From NCBI RefSeq assembly GCF_009914755.1, contig NC_060928.1: 64,000 bases of DNA. One strand, given 5' to 3'. The position numbers and the translations under genes are program-made. The notes under the pieces are model-generated. The model had not been told where the DNA came from. It did no database searches and was given only the letters and a program-made list of their open reading frames with translations. Positions within the stretch are counted from its first letter, which is position 1. The number at the start of each line of letters is the position of its first letter. Origin of the DNA: the human T2T-CHM13v2.0 reference genome, Homo sapiens. Shown here piece after piece: positions 13,995 through 33,725 of this stretch.

Positions 13995-14440
13995 TGTGTC
14001 TTAGGTCAAGTTTTCCAGAAGCACAGCCTGAGAGAGTTATCCACATGCAAGTAATATATTGAAGAAATAGTCCCAGGAAAAACCACAAAGGGAGAGTAAG
14101 AAGCAGAAATGGAAGCAGCAGAAGCCCAGCAGTGATACAAGTTTCAGGCAAAGTCTCACCCTCAGCTTGATCGTGGTGGGTTGCTCCATGAATACATTGC
14201 ATCTAAAATGTATCTTTGTGAGAAGCAACGGAGCTGGGGTTTTGCATTACTGTATCAGTCAATCCTCTTCACCAGCGCAACCTCACAGGCACTTCTTCTT
14301 CTCTCTAAATTTGAGCAACACAATTCCAACAATGCAAGGAAAGTTTTGGAGAGAGACTGACATACTAAAACCAGGAAAGAGACACGCAGAAATGGCACAA
14401 GTAATCTTAAGGGACCTGGTATGAGCCTGAATATGGTCCC
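13995..14440. mobile_element. Old ERVL-type LTR remnant (LTR16/LTR33-like)
   Basis: TGTCTTAGGTCAAGTTTTCCAGAAGCACAGCCTGAGA terminus motif; family assignment uncertain. Confidence 0.4.
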
Positions 14441-14884
14441 CTTAGTTGAGTCTTAATAATTTTTGGGACAAAAAATAAAATAGTCAAAGCATCAGACTTG
14501 TAGGAAAAAAAATCAAGAAGCAAAGTGTAAATATTGAATGAGACTTCCAGAAAGCAAAGTATTTTGCCCCACCAGAACAGAAACATACTTTGTGACCATA
14601 TAGATACATAGAGAAATAGATCTGTTCTTTTATTCTTTATTCAAAATTATTTAATTAGCAATAGTTATGCCTTAGATAAAGCCTTATTGGCTATGATACT
14701 GCCACTACACAAAGCTAAAGTTATTTAGTTATGTGATGTATCTTTAATTTCAAGTAGTGGTAAAGAATAATACAGATAGATGAATGGGCAAGGAAAAGAA
14801 GAAACTCATGTTTCTGTAAACTAGATGCAACCAACATTGTTTATTCTTTTTCTGGTTTGAACTATGTATATATAGTTCCACTGA

Positions 14885-15217
<333 letters not shown>

Positions 15218-15756
15218 CAACTTTTGCTTTTTACCTTCCTACTGTTTTCCACCAAGAAGAAATTAATTGTCTCTACATCATCTATGTGCAAGCAGAACCA
15301 ATGACTTTTGCTTTTTACCTTTTGAGTCTGCCCACTTGGGCAAAGGAGAAGGGCGTCTCCACATGTGCTTTATGCACTTACTTATTTTAATGGGGATAAT
15401 ATTTTTAAGTGCCAATGTAAGTTCAAATTGAGAGTGACTAATTATAGAATATTAAGAAGGAAGACACAGTTATCTTCATTTATTTCTAATTGTTCCTATA
15501 GAAAAATAGGAAGAACTAGGCTCAGTACTAATATTGGAAAATTCATTGTTGATGTTCTAACAAAGGGCTGTTCTTTGCTCTTTGCTAGGTTTAAATGAAT
15601 GGAACACTCTCCTTACGGGACCTCGTTAAATAACAAATATTCTCATTTGACTATTGATTTGCATCCAATACGTTAAAAAGTTGGTATGAATATAATGCAG
15701 CCAATTTATCAAACAAAACACGATCCGTGGAGCTAAGTATGACTAAATGTGTATAG

Positions 15757-16655
15757 CTGCATTAGTTATCTATTGCTGCATAACAAAATATTGCATTATT
15801 TGTGGGTCTGGAATCCAGGCTTGGCTTGCCTGTGTCCTCTGCTTCAGCTTCTCTCACAAAGCTGAAATCAGTGCCGACAAAGCTGGGGGCCTCAGCTGAG
15901 GCTCAAGTGAGGAAGGGCCCATTTCCAGGCTTAAATGGCTTTGGTGGGATTCAGTAAGTATGTCTTATCCAACTGAGGATATCAGCTCCTTTCTGGCTGC
16001 CACCTGATGGTTCCTTCAATTCCTCATCACTTAAGTTTCTCTATATGGCGGCTTACTTCATCAAAGCCAGAAAAAGCCAATATGAAGTGTCTACTAGCGA
16101 GACAGAGGTTGCAATCTTTGGTAATATAATCACAAAAGTAACACCCCCATCATCTTTATCATACTCTATGAGTCAGGAACTGATATGGTTTGGCTGTGTC
16201 CCCACCCAAATCTCATCCTGAATTGTAGCTCCTATATTCCTCACATGTCATGGGAGGTACCTGATGGGAGGTAATTGAATTATGGGGGTGGGTTTTTCCC
16301 ACGCCATTTCCATGATAGTGAATAAATCTCATGAAATCTGACAGTTTCATAAAAGGGCAGTTCCCCTGCACACGCTCTCTTGCCTGCTGTCATGTAAGAT
16401 GTGCTTTTGCCCCTCCTTTGCCTTCCACCATGACTGTGAGGCCTCCTCAGCCATGTGAAACTGTGATTCCATTAAATCTCTTTATCTTTATAAATTACCC
16501 AGTCTCGGGTATGTCTTTATTAGCAGTGTGAGAAGAGACTAATACAGGAATAAATCCCAGATCTCATCCACACTCAAGGAAAAGCATGAATACATAAAAG
16601 CATTAACAATAGAAAGCAGGGATAATTGGGAGCCGCCTTGGAGTCTATCACAATA
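15757..16655 (-). mobile_element. Old MLT1 LTR interrupted by a THE1 LTR
   Basis: TGCATTAGTTATCTATTGCTGCATAACAAA start; resumes after 16546 (CCACACTCAAGG...GGATAATTGGGAGCC). Confidence 0.6.
16181..16546 (+). mobile_element. THE1 (THE1B/C-like) solo LTR
   Basis: TGATATGGTTTGGCTGTGTCCCCACCCAAATCTC...GACTAATACA; 5-bp TSD GGAAC/GGAAT. Confidence 0.9.
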
Positions 16656-17904
16656 ATTTTTGTGGTGGCATAGTGTGAAAATAAATAAATACCTTTGTTC
16701 AATGAATAGGCATTTTTTTTTGTTCTAGGAGTTTAAAATCTAGTAATGAAAAGATGACAGTAACCAGTAACTGCTTCAACATCTTAATGTGTGGACACAT
16801 TCTCATTTCATTTATGAGATATGCATCATAGGTAAAATTTCTGAGTAACTGAGCATTAAAAGCACATTCCCTTTCTTTCCGAAAGTGACTGGTAAGCAAA
16901 GAAGGCTGATTGACCAGCAAATAGGAACACTGAACCTGAAACAGTATTATTGGGGAAAATAAAGGGACAGGGACAGCAATTACATGATTTTCTTTCTGCT
17001 CATCACATTCTAAGGCTTCCCATAATCAAAGAGTAGGACAAGATTTTAGATTCTGGAAGAGGGAGCCAGACCCTCTGGGCAGTGGGCTTATACAGCTTCA
17101 TATTAGAGGGAACATAAGCACCTTCACCGCCTTGATCAGGAGCTGGAGTGCACACCTGCAAACATAGTTTGTAGCAACGTGATGTGCTGTACCAGTGACT
17201 TCAGCCTGATTCATCACCTCAGCATTTTGCTAATATGGATTCTTAGCACTTACTTCTATAGCTGATTTCCATGAAATAGGTCTTAATTTTCATGTTTTCT
17301 GTAAGAGGACAATTCCCACTTAGACAAGTCAATCCTTAACTCTAAGTCAACACCCCAGATTCCTAATGGTAGCCAGTATGTCTCCTATCTTATCAGCAAC
17401 TCTTATCATTTCAACCCATTTGTTAACATCATTGTAGCAATGCTGTGGCATTCACACTGATATATGTAGGTCTGAGTTCAATTTAAAAATAGGTCATTTA
17501 TTTAGTTTAGAAGGCTTTGTATGACTCATTTTTTTCTGCATAATTTTTATAGAATAATTTGAGAAATTTTTATGTTTTTTCTATGAAACTGTTACTTCAT
17601 CACCTATATATTTACACTTTCTCTTTACAATCTATTCCTTTTATTAGATTCCATAAATTTTTTCTAGAAGAAATATTCTGGAAGATGGCCGAATAGGAAC
17701 AGCTCCGGTCTACAGCTCCCAGCGTGACCGACGCAGAAGACGGGTGATTTCTGCATTTCCATCTGAGGTACCGGGTTCATCTCACTAGGGAGTGCCAGAC
17801 AGTGGGCGCAGGCCAGTGGGTGCGCGCACGGTGCACGAGCCGAAGCAGGGCGAGGCATTGCCTCACCTGGGAAGCGCAAGGGGTCAGGGAGTTCCCTTTC
17901 CGAG

Positions 17905-18120
17905 TCAAAGAAAGGGGTGACGGACGCACCTGGAAAATCGGGTCACTCCCACCCGAATATTACGCTTTTCAGACCGGCTTAAAAAACGGCGCACCACGAG
18001 ACTATATCCCACACCTGGCTCGGAGGGTCCTACGCCCACGGAATCTCGCTGATTGCTAGCACAGCAGTCTGAGATCAAACTGCAAGGCAGCAGCGAGGCT
18101 GGGGGAGGGGCGCCCGCCAT
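17905..18120 (-). CDS. ORF0: LINE-1 antisense ORF0, intact 71-codon frame
   Basis: MAGAPPPASLLPCSLISDCCASNQRDSVGVGPSEPGVGYSLVVRRFLSRSEKRNIRVGVTRFSRCVRHPFL, ATG at 18120-18118; expression unknown. Confidence 0.8.
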   Translation of the reverse strand: MAGAPPPASLLPCSLISDCCASNQRDSVGVGPSEPGVGYSLVVRRFLSRSEKRNIRVGVTRFSRCVRHPFL

Positions 18121-18575
18121 TGCCCAGGCTTGATTAGGTAAACAAAGCAGCCGGGAAGCTCGAACTGGGTGGAGCCCACCACAGCTCAAGGAGGCCTGCC
18201 TGCCTCTGTAGGCTCCACCTCTGGGGGCAGGGCACAGACAAACAAAAAGACAGCAGTAACCTCTGCAGATTTAAATGTCCTTGTCTGACAGCTTTGAAGG
18301 GAGCAGTGGTTCTCCCAGCACGCAGCTGGAGATCTGAGAACCGGCAGACTGCCTCTTCAAGTGGGTCCCTGACCCCTGACCCCTGAGCAGCCTAACTGGG
18401 AGGCACCCCCCAGCAGGGGCACACTGACACCTCACACGGCAGGGTATTCCAACAGACCTGCAGCTGAGGGTCCTGTCTGTTAGAAGGAAAACTAACAAAC
18501 AGAAAGGACATCCACACCAAAAACCCATCCGTACATCACCATCATCAAAGACCAAAAGTAGATAAAACCACAAAG

Positions 18576-19590
18576 ATGGGGAAAAAACAGAACAGAAAAA
18601 CTGGAAGCTCTAAAAATCAGAGCGCCTCTCCTCCTCCAAAGGAACGCAGCTCCTCACCAGCAACAGAACAAAGCTGGATGGAGAATGACTTTGACGAGCT
18701 GAGAGAAGAAGGCTTCAGACGATCAAATTACTCTGAGCTATGGGAGGACATTCAAACCAAAGGCAAAGAAGTTGAAAACTTTGAAAAAAATTTAGAAGAA
18801 TGTATAACTAGAATAACCAATACAGAGAAGTGCTTAAAGGAGCTGATGGAGCTGAAAACCAAGGCTCGAGAACTACGTGAAGAATGCAGAAGCCTCAGGA
18901 GCCGATGTGATCAACTGAAAGAAAGGGTATCAGCAATGGAAGATGAAATGAATGAAATGAAGCGAGAAGGGAAGTTTAGAGAAAAAAGAATAAAAAGAAA
19001 TGAGCAAAGCCTCCAAGAAATATGGGACTATGTGAAAAGACCAAATCTACGTCTGATTGGTGTACCTGAAAGTGATGGGGAGAATGGAACCAAGTTGGAA
19101 AACACTGCAGGATATTATCCAGGAGAACTTCCCCAATCTAGCAAGGCAGGCCAACGTTCAGATTCAGGAAATACAGAGAACGCCACAAAGATACTCCTCG
19201 AGAAGAGCAACTCCAAGACACATAATTGTCAGATTCACCAAAGTTGAAATGAAGGAAAAAATGTTAAGGGCAGCCAGAGAGAAAGGTCGGGTTACCCTCA
19301 AAGGGAAGCCCATCAGACTAACAGCGGATCTCTCAGCAGAAACCCTACAAGCCAGAAGAGAGTGGGGGCCAATATTCAGCATTCTTAAAGAAAAGAATTT
19401 TCAACCCAGAATTTCATATCCAGCCAAGCTAAGCTTCATAAGTGAAGGAGAAATAAAATACTTTACAGACAAGCAAATGCTGAGAGATTTTGTCACCACC
19501 AGACCTCCCCTAAAAGAGCTCCTGAAGGAAGCGCTAAACATGGAAAGGAACAACCAGTACCAGCAGCTGCAAAATCATGCCAAAATGTAA
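18576..19590 (+). pseudogene. L1 ORF1p, frameshifted
   Basis: MGKKQNRK... to ...QNHAKM*; 2-nt deletion near 19105 (AACACTGCAG versus AACACTCTGCAG). Confidence 0.93.
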
Positions 19591-19626
19591 AGACCATCGA
19601 GACTAGGAAGAAACTGCATCAACTAA

Positions 19627-23475
<3,849 letters not shown>

Positions 23476-25594
23476 ACAGTGAGATCACATGGACACAGGA
23501 AGGGGAATATCACACTCTGGGGACTGTGGTGGGGTGGGGGGAGGGGGGAGGGATAGCCTTGGGAGATATACCTAATGCTAGATGACGAGTTAGTGGGTGC
23601 AGCGCACCAGCATGGCACATGTATACATATGTAACTAACCTGCACAATGTGCACATGTACCCTAAAACTTAAAGTATAATAAAAAAAAAAAAGAAATATT
23701 CTGATTTAACTTCAAAAATACGTATCTCTAATTTTTCATGCTATTTTATTTTATAACTCTAGATAATACTCTTTAATGTATTCTATTGAATGGAGTTACC
23801 TTATAGGTAAGAGTGTTTTATTATGAAGTTTTATTAGTTTCTCATAAATAGTAGTTAGTGGTTTAAGTTTGTCCAAGAAATATGCTTCTTATTCCAAATT
23901 CTGCCTGAAGCCAATAATACTAAGGCAAATTTCCAATATACTTTTTTTGTCTTTTCTAAAGGTTAATGGTCTAGTTTCTGAAATAACTATTTAGGAAATG
24001 TTAACTTTACGCTATTTCAAAATACTTTCCAAAAATCTGCCCTGAAATAACCTCTTGCCATTTTTATACATTATCTGAGAAAAAAAAATTTTTAAATGCT
24101 AAGATTCCCATGGTAGGTCTTGCAAATGACAAGAAAATACATTAAACATATATTACCAAACCAGCTAAAGGAAAGTTTGGTGCTTTTTTCTTTGTTTGTT
24201 TTGTTTTGCTACTTTGGCATACACGTGACTATTTTTTTTAAGTACAGAAAGCTAAAAATAACCATCAGTGTACAGAGTCAACATTTTTGCTTTGGTATTT
24301 ATGCCGGAAGAAAATAAGATCACTCAGAAAACAGAAACTCTCGGATAGGTAATGTGGAGCCTATGATTTGACTGGTGAATATAGCAATGCAAAAGTGCAA
24401 AACTGAGAGAACTGGTGACCCAGGGCTGGGTAGACAACGAATTCGAGATTTGTGTTCTTTGAAAATTCAATTTAAAAAGATGAGTGGGTAGTGATCTTTT
24501 CACAATGTTTCAGAGATTCAGAATATTAAGACAAAATTTCACCTTGAGGAAAAGTTTAAATTTTTAAGACACGTTAGCTTTAAAATATGGGAGCAAAGAG
24601 ACAAAGGTTTTAACAATAACAGCTAACTACCTTTTTCTCTACTGCAGACAATTCATCGTCTTCAGACATTTTCTGTCCCATTCCAACAGTTACATTTATT
24701 AGGCTCTACCCATCTTCTCAACACAAAAAATAGGAATATACATATTTTGTCATTTTTTCTCAAAATATTATTGCTTATGTAATGTGTAATGTTCTCAAAA
24801 AGAACAAGTAATACAAGACTGACAAGCAATATTTGTTAAGTCAGTGCTTTTCAAATTGTTCTAGTCCATGTCTCATTTGGAAAACAGCAAAAATTAAAAA
24901 TAATAAAACCTATTCATCTCTTATAAAGTTCTGTGAAATTTCTAATTAGAATAACTATTTGGACTACAAATGAATAAAAGGAAATGAATGGCAGAATGTA
25001 TCTTTTATAAGTGGGCGTGTAAACATGGCTAATAAGTATGAAAAAATGTCTTAAAAATTTGGTTATGGAGTGTAGGAGGGAGAGAAGGTCATAACTGAAG
25101 TAATGCAAGATAAAGAGACGGTTATTTAAGAGGAAATAGACAAGATAGTGTATTAATAATGGATTTGACATATAGAGAATCTGAAAATACTATAGAAAAA
25201 AAAAAAATAAGGCAAAACACCCAGGAGGAAATGTTACAGAAAAGTGGTGGTGAGCTCTGTCTTCATTCTTGCTAAAAGGGAACAGAAATTACAGATGCAG
25301 TTGCAGATGAATTTGCATGCAAAAAGTTAATGTCACTTTCATTGATTATATTACTTCTATAAAGTTGAATTACATGTTAAAGAAAACGGAAACTGGAAAT
25401 TTAAAAATAGTGATATAGACAGAAGTTTTCTTCTTTTTTGGATATCACCAAAAATTAACAAAAAGTTATAAAAAACAAAAATAAAAGTCAATTTTTGACT
25501 AATCATGGAGATATTTATAAACCCAAGCCATACAAGAAGAAAGAATTATAATTTTAGCCAAAGTAAAATGGTAAATAGAAAGACATTAAGTTCC

Positions 25595-25999
25595 TATAGT
25601 GGATTGCGTAGTGGACCCCAAAACAATATGTCTATCCAGGACCTCTAAATAGGATCTTATTTGGAAAAAATGGTCTTTGTATTAATTAAGTTGAAGATCC
25701 TGGTTTGGGGCTGAGTGTTTAATCCAAATGACAGTTATCCTTTTAAGAGAAGAAAAGGGGAAAAGGCCATGTGTGGACACCCATGTAAAGATGAAAGCTG
25801 AGATTGAAGTTATGATGCCACAGGCCAGGAGCCACCAGATGCTTGAAGAGCCAAGGTAGAATTCTCCCTAAGAGCTTTCAAAGGAAGGATGACCCTGACA
25901 ATACCTTTACGTCAAACTTCTGGCCTGCAAAACTGATTTCTGTTGATTTTAGCTACTAGTTTGTAGTAATTTGTTATAATCCTCTAGAAAACTAATACA
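25595..25999 (+). mobile_element. MaLR solo LTR (MLT1A/B-like)
   Basis: GGATCTTATTTGGAAA...GGTCTTTG, GATTCTCCCTAAGAGCTTTC, ends AAACTAATACA. Confidence 0.7.
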
Positions 26000-26319
26000 A
26001 ATCTATTTGACTTTAACATTTGAGAAAATTATTCAGATCACATTCTTCAAAGGCCCGCTCTGTGAACAATTCAACAATCAGACAATAATTTAGAAATCTG
26101 TGTGGACAGTAAGACCTTAGAGGAACAGCTTTGGAATAAAGCCTCAAGACTCGTAAAATACAGGAATGAAAAAAGAGTCACAAACACAAGTCATATTTGC
26201 AGGAAACATTCTCAAACTTTGTGAAGTGAGCACCTTAATAAAAACAGAAAATGCAAAGTATAGTTAAAAAATCTCAGGGGAGTCATGGTGAGAATTCAAG
26301 AACAGTGAAATATGACAGG

Positions 26320-26699
26320 TGTATTAGTCTGCTTTCATACTGCTATAAAGAACTGCTCAACACTGGGTAATTTATAAAGAAAAGAGATTTAATTGACTCA
26401 CAGATCTGCATAGCTTGGGAGGCCTCAGGAAACTTACAATCATGGTGTAAGGCAAAGGGGAAGCAAGGTACCTTCTTCACAAGGCAGCAGGAAGGAGAAG
26501 TGCTGAGCGAAGCAGGGAAGAGTCCCTTATAAAACCATCAGATCTCATGAGAGCTCACTCACTATCATGAGAACAGCATGGGGGGAAACTGCCCCCATGA
26601 TGGAATGACCTCCACCTGGTCTCTCCTTTGAAACATGTGGATTATGGGGATACAATTCAAAATGAGGTTTGGCTGGGGACACAAAGCCTAACCATATCA
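26320..26699 (-). mobile_element. THE1D/MST-like solo LTR
   Basis: TGTATTAGTC...CAAAGCCTAACCATATCA; perfect 5-bp TSD ACAGG. Confidence 0.9.
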
Positions 26700-27164
26700 A
26701 CAGGCAAAGCACAGGAAGAAAACCCATAAAAATACAAACATACATCCAAACATGCAGAAAACCATCAGGGAAATGAACTCTCATTGGATTTAGCAACTAA
26801 AGAATTAAACACTGCTGAAGACACAGAATCTGACATGGATGATAGGATTTAGAAGTAAAGGTGATAAATGATAAAGTATAGGTGAAAAGAGGTCAAAAAG
26901 AGAACGATGAATGATGGGAAAGGCAAATGATACGTTTCACAAAATTGGGGTTCCAAAAGAATATAAATTGATTACTAGAAAAGAAAACAATAAAACTGTC
27001 TTAGGATATAATAAAGTTAAACTTTCCAAAATAAAATAATACAATATATATAAAACTTTCTCCAAAAAATGAAACTTTCCAAAAATATATATAATGTATT
27101 GATTAAGAAAAGACACCTATCCAGGAAACCCTGACACAGTACAATCAATATATAAATGCTGAAC

Positions 27165-27654
27165 TATATTAGGATTCTTAAGAGACACAGGACCAATAGG
27201 AGACAAACATGTATATATACAAATACAGGCAGAGATTTTTTAAATGAAGAATTGGTTTATACGATTATGGAGACAAAGAAGTCTCATGATCTGCTATCTG
27301 TAACCTGAAGACTCAAGAAAGCCAGTGGTATAATTTCAGTCCAAGTCTCAAACACCTGAGAACCACAGGAGTTGATTTCCCAGTCCAGGGCAGGAGAAGA
27401 CCAGTATCCCAACTCAAGCAAGCAAGCAGGAAACAAAAAGGGTAAATTTGTCTTTCCTCTACTTTTTGTTTTACTCAGATCCTAAAAATATTGAGTGATG
27501 CCCATAACATTGGGGAGGGCAATCTGCTGTACTGAGTCCATGGAATCAAATGCTTATTTCATCCAGTAACACCTATACAAGCACACCAAGAAATAATGTT
27601 TTATTTAGGCACTCCATGACAGAGTCAAGTTGACACATAAAATTAACAATTGCA
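27165..27654 (-). mobile_element. MLT2 (ERVL) LTR
   Basis: GAATTGGTTTATACGATTATGGAG...GATGCCCATAACATTGGGGAGGGCAATCTGCT...AAGTTGACACATAAAATTAAC. Confidence 0.75.
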
Positions 27655-28425
27655 CTGAAATACATTCTGGTAGACTTTACTGTGCCGTGAATGAATTACA
27701 AGGAAATAATCTTTAAGGGATGAAGGCAAAAAAGAATCAAATTATCTGTAGAGGAAATAAAGTTATTCCAGGCTCACAGTTTGTCATAGCATCATTTAAC
27801 ACTGAAATAGGAAAAGACGGAGAATTGGAAAATAAAAGTAAAAATATTGAATTATATTTAATGCCATTGTTTATATAGACATTGCCTAAAGAAAGAGAAT
27901 TGAATTCGTTATATAGTTAGAATTATAAATGTGTAAATGAAACATTTTATAATATAAGAAAAATAAAACTAAATTATATCAAAAATCATAAAAAGAAATC
28001 GTAAATAGGGTAACCTAAACAGAGAGTTTGACCAACTAGTATACATCAAAACATATATCATACCATTAAATGTAAATAGACTATACTTGTTTATTCAAAA
28101 AATAAAATTATCAGGTTGGACAACAGAACAAAACATGAGAACATTATTACCACAAAGATATTTATATTGGCTAAAATTAATAAATAGGCAAAGGCATACC
28201 AGACACTTATCGATGCACCAAAAACATAGCATAACATTAACAGAGCAAAATCCACAAGGAAAAAACAAAGAGAAATAGATAGAAACACAATAGTATTAGC
28301 CAATTTTAAGAGCTATTCACTCCTCAATGTATAACAGAAACGAAAGACCAAAAATTAGCATAAAACACTAAATAATATAATTTTAAATATAATATGAACA
28401 TTATTACATATTTTTTACTAAATGT

Positions 28426-28482
28426 TCGTGTGTATGTGTGTATGTATATATGTGTGTGTGTATATTTATATACACACACACA
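28426..28482. repeat. Compound (TG)n/(TA)n/(CA)n microsatellite
   Basis: Alternating purine-pyrimidine tract, partly self-complementary. Confidence 0.85.
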
Positions 28483-29981
28483 AATATGGGGGCATATTTC
28501 TAAAAGCTAAGAGAACAAATTATTTTCAAATTCCTAAATAATATTAACAAATTGACCACATACTGGGCCTCAAAAAACAGCTTAATAAATTCCAAAGAGT
28601 TAATATAATCCCAATACCATAAAACAGAAATTAATAACAAGAAAGAGTAATAATCTTTCCACATTAAGAGAGAAATTTTACATTCTCTTTTGGAGAAAAG
28701 AGGAAGTCAAACCAAAATTAGAAATGATTTAGAAAATTACGCCAATTGAAACATACATTTCTGAAAGTATAACAGCTTAAACAAAGCACAGACAAAACAT
28801 AATATATAATATCAAAACACTATGCATCCAATTTTAAATGTTTGAAAAAGAACAAATGTAATTAAAGAAGTAGAAATAAACATAAAAACAAAAATTAATT
28901 AAGCATAAATTGTTAAATGTTAGAATCAATAAATAAATCCTATTGCTCTTTCATTTTCTTTTGGGACCCCAATTTTGCAAAATGTTATATCATTTGCCTT
29001 TCCTATCATTCACTGTGCTTATTTTATTCATGAGTAACATGAATAAAGAGGACAAACAATAATATAACCTTTTCAATGCCAATAAAGTAATAACTATAGA
29101 CATTGGTAGAATTGGGAAAATTGATAGAATTCTTAAAAAAAAAAGTGTCCAAATCTTTGCATTCCTGAGAATAGGTATAAAATTGCATTTCTGTCTTTAT
29201 TTTTTTGGAAAATACAAACTACCAAACTGACTCCAGAAAGTGGGTTTGGAATACTACACAGATCATTTACCATTCAGGAGATAAAGTCTAACAGCTATTG
29301 CCCAGATGGTTTCGCAAGGGAATTCTTCCAAAACATCAAGTGACAGATAACTGCAATTAAATTTCAATTGTTCAGAGTATAGAAAAAAGGAAAAATTTTC
29401 GTAATTCTTTTAGAATATGTATATCATATGATCCCCAAATCCCATTAAAGGTAAATGCACACACATGCACATACGCACACACAAAACAAGCATGGAACCC
29501 CTTGTTCAAGCACATTAAGATAAAAACATCTTTAACTAGGTAAAAATTAGCTGTTTATTTAATAAATAGCAAAGCAATTGGAGTTTATTCCTGGAAAAAT
29601 GTTAGTGTGGTTAAATATTAGGATAGCTATAAAAATAAATCAATATATTTAGCAAGTCAAATGAGATTGTCATATAAATCTCACTAGATGTAAGAAAATT
29701 TAATAATATTCAACATCTATTCTTGATTTTAAAATCATAATAAAATAAAATAGTTTTGACATGACTATATTTATATACATGAAAAATAGCATGTATATGC
29801 TAATTGAGAAATCATTAGAACATTCTCTTTAACATCAATAATAATGGAACAAAATGTGCTATTAATATTATTAATATAAATTATTCTAGATTAACCAATG
29901 AAATTGTGGAATAGATTGAGGAATAAATTTAGAAACAAAAATTAGAAAGGAGAATTTTAAATGACTAACTTTTGAAAATAA

Positions 29982-30320
<339 letters not shown>

Positions 30321-30897
30321 TAGAAGGATCAATTTGAGGACCATTATAAATAATAAGAAAAATCAGTTACAGGACATAGTACTAAATTAATATATAGCAA
30401 TAAAGGAGATTCTCATATGAACAATAACTAGGTACAAGACTAAAACATCAAAAGATAGGATACAAAACTTAACCAGAAACCTACAATCTTCTGTGACAAA
30501 ACTGTAGATGCCACTGAGGAACACAAAAGAAGGATTTAACACAAGGAAAATACACTCTTGCAATAGTAAATGCAACACCATAAGAATCTCAGTTCTTCCT
30601 CAAATTAATCTATAAATTTAATGTAATCCCAGTTTAAAATACCAACAGTATGTTTTTTGGAAAAGTAGACAAACTGATTCCAAAAGTTATAATAAGAATA
30701 AAATAGCCAGAAATGTCCTAAAAATAGATATACAAGAGAAAGGGAGAGAATTATGTTTCTCTAATTGTTTTATTTTTAAACTTCAAATAATTAAACCAGC
30801 CTGACACTGAATAGAAAGGCAAATTATTTACCGTTAAGCACTACAGCATTTATCTTTTACTTTAATATTAGTTGCTTTATTTTTTAAAATCTGAAAC

Positions 30898-31713
<816 letters not shown>

Positions 31714-32767
31714 AAACCACCCAATTGCTTAACATGATATAATTCATGTTTTAATAAAATTTTAGTAAAAAAAAATCAAATAGTAAGCATAGTTGAGAAA
31801 TGCATAGAAAAAAATTTTAAAAATTGAAAGAACAATTTATCAACAGTAGCTTTTTGCTAAATGAGAAACAAATAAATGAGAAAAGTGCGAAGAGTCAAGA
31901 TGTGATTAAATCATTTTCTTTCTCCCAGAAGAGGGTAATATTCAGGATATGATATTCTGAAGAGTGATTACCTTTTGAAGGCATGTTAGCAGAAAAAACA
32001 AAATTGAAAGACTCTCAGAATAAAAAATTTCTTTCAGAAAAATTGCATATTGTTGAATAAAATGAATTAATCTGAGTCACAGTTTAAACCACCTTCAAAA
32101 CTATGAGCAATTAGTGAGTAGTTTTGAGTATGGATATTTTCATTGAAATTCAGCGGGTTACATATCAAATGGAGACTTTTCATGTTAAGTGAGCAAAAGG
32201 CATGCCTTCTCTTTGAACGAAATTATAGAGTTGACAGATTCCTACTGTAGAAGGCTAGGTATTCCCAAATCATTCACATTATATGGTCCTTAATCTGGGA
32301 CACAAATTTTATATACAGCATGTCTTTGCTTTTGTAAGATTGGATGCATTGTAATAAAGGTTGAGAGATATGGAGGGGAAGATTGTGCTCTTTTTGTTTT
32401 GTTTTGCTTTTGCTTCTTTTTCATTTATATAGCTATGAGTCATAGGCTTTCATTAATGACTCATTGAAATGGAGAACAAGGTTTCTGCAAACATTTCTGA
32501 GCTCTCCTCATTCCAGATACACTCCCTAACAGTCTCTAGGGAGGCTTGGAACCTAACAAATGGCATAAAGTCTTCACTGACAGGCTGGGGGTTGCTGCAC
32601 ATTCTAATAGCTTTAGTAGCTGTTTCATTTTTAAAATTTTGGAGCAACAATCTTGTTGCTGTTCAAAAACTTCATATGATAGTTCTGGATAAGTCTCAGA
32701 TTTCTCTTCCATTGTAACTGACAATTAAATACCCCAGGAATAGTTTTGGAAAACTCTATAAGAATTA

Positions 32768-33212
<445 letters not shown>

Positions 33213-33570
33213 CTATCCTGACAATGGATGCAGATTTCTCCCTTCTGTGACAAGCACAATTTGCGTTTCTGTCAAAATAAAACAAAAATCGTAAGGTTTT
33301 TCCTAAATATAGGAAGGCTCCTTAACTGAAGTTTGGTCTTCAATGTTCATGATAGTTTCTTCAACACTGTTTCCCTTGTCACAACTCATGGTGCAGAAGT
33401 CACACTATTTAACTCTAAGTAGACACCCTCTCTCCTAAGAATCTTAATGTTGTAAGAGAAAGAAGACGGGGTTGCAGAACTGAGTTGCTGCCAATGCAAC
33501 ATCATAGAGAATATACTGTTGGAGACTTTCCCTGAAGTGACTTCTGTCTAAATTAGACACAAATAGATTT

Positions 33571-33725
33571 GGCTGGGCATGGTGGTTCATGCCTGTAATC
33601 CCAACTATTGGGGAAGCTGATGGCAGGAGGATCCTTTCAGGCCAGGAGTTTGATACCAGCCTAGGCAACTTAATGAGACCTCATCTCTAAAAATAAAACA
33701 TAAATAAATAAAATTTTTAAAAATT
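33571..33725 (+). mobile_element. Alu left monomer (FLAM_C-like)
   Basis: Single arm plus A tail; TSD CAAATAGATTT on both sides. Confidence 0.88.

Noticed and set aside
23525-23553. G-quadruplex-like run
   Set aside because: Standard G-rich tract of the L1 3'UTR
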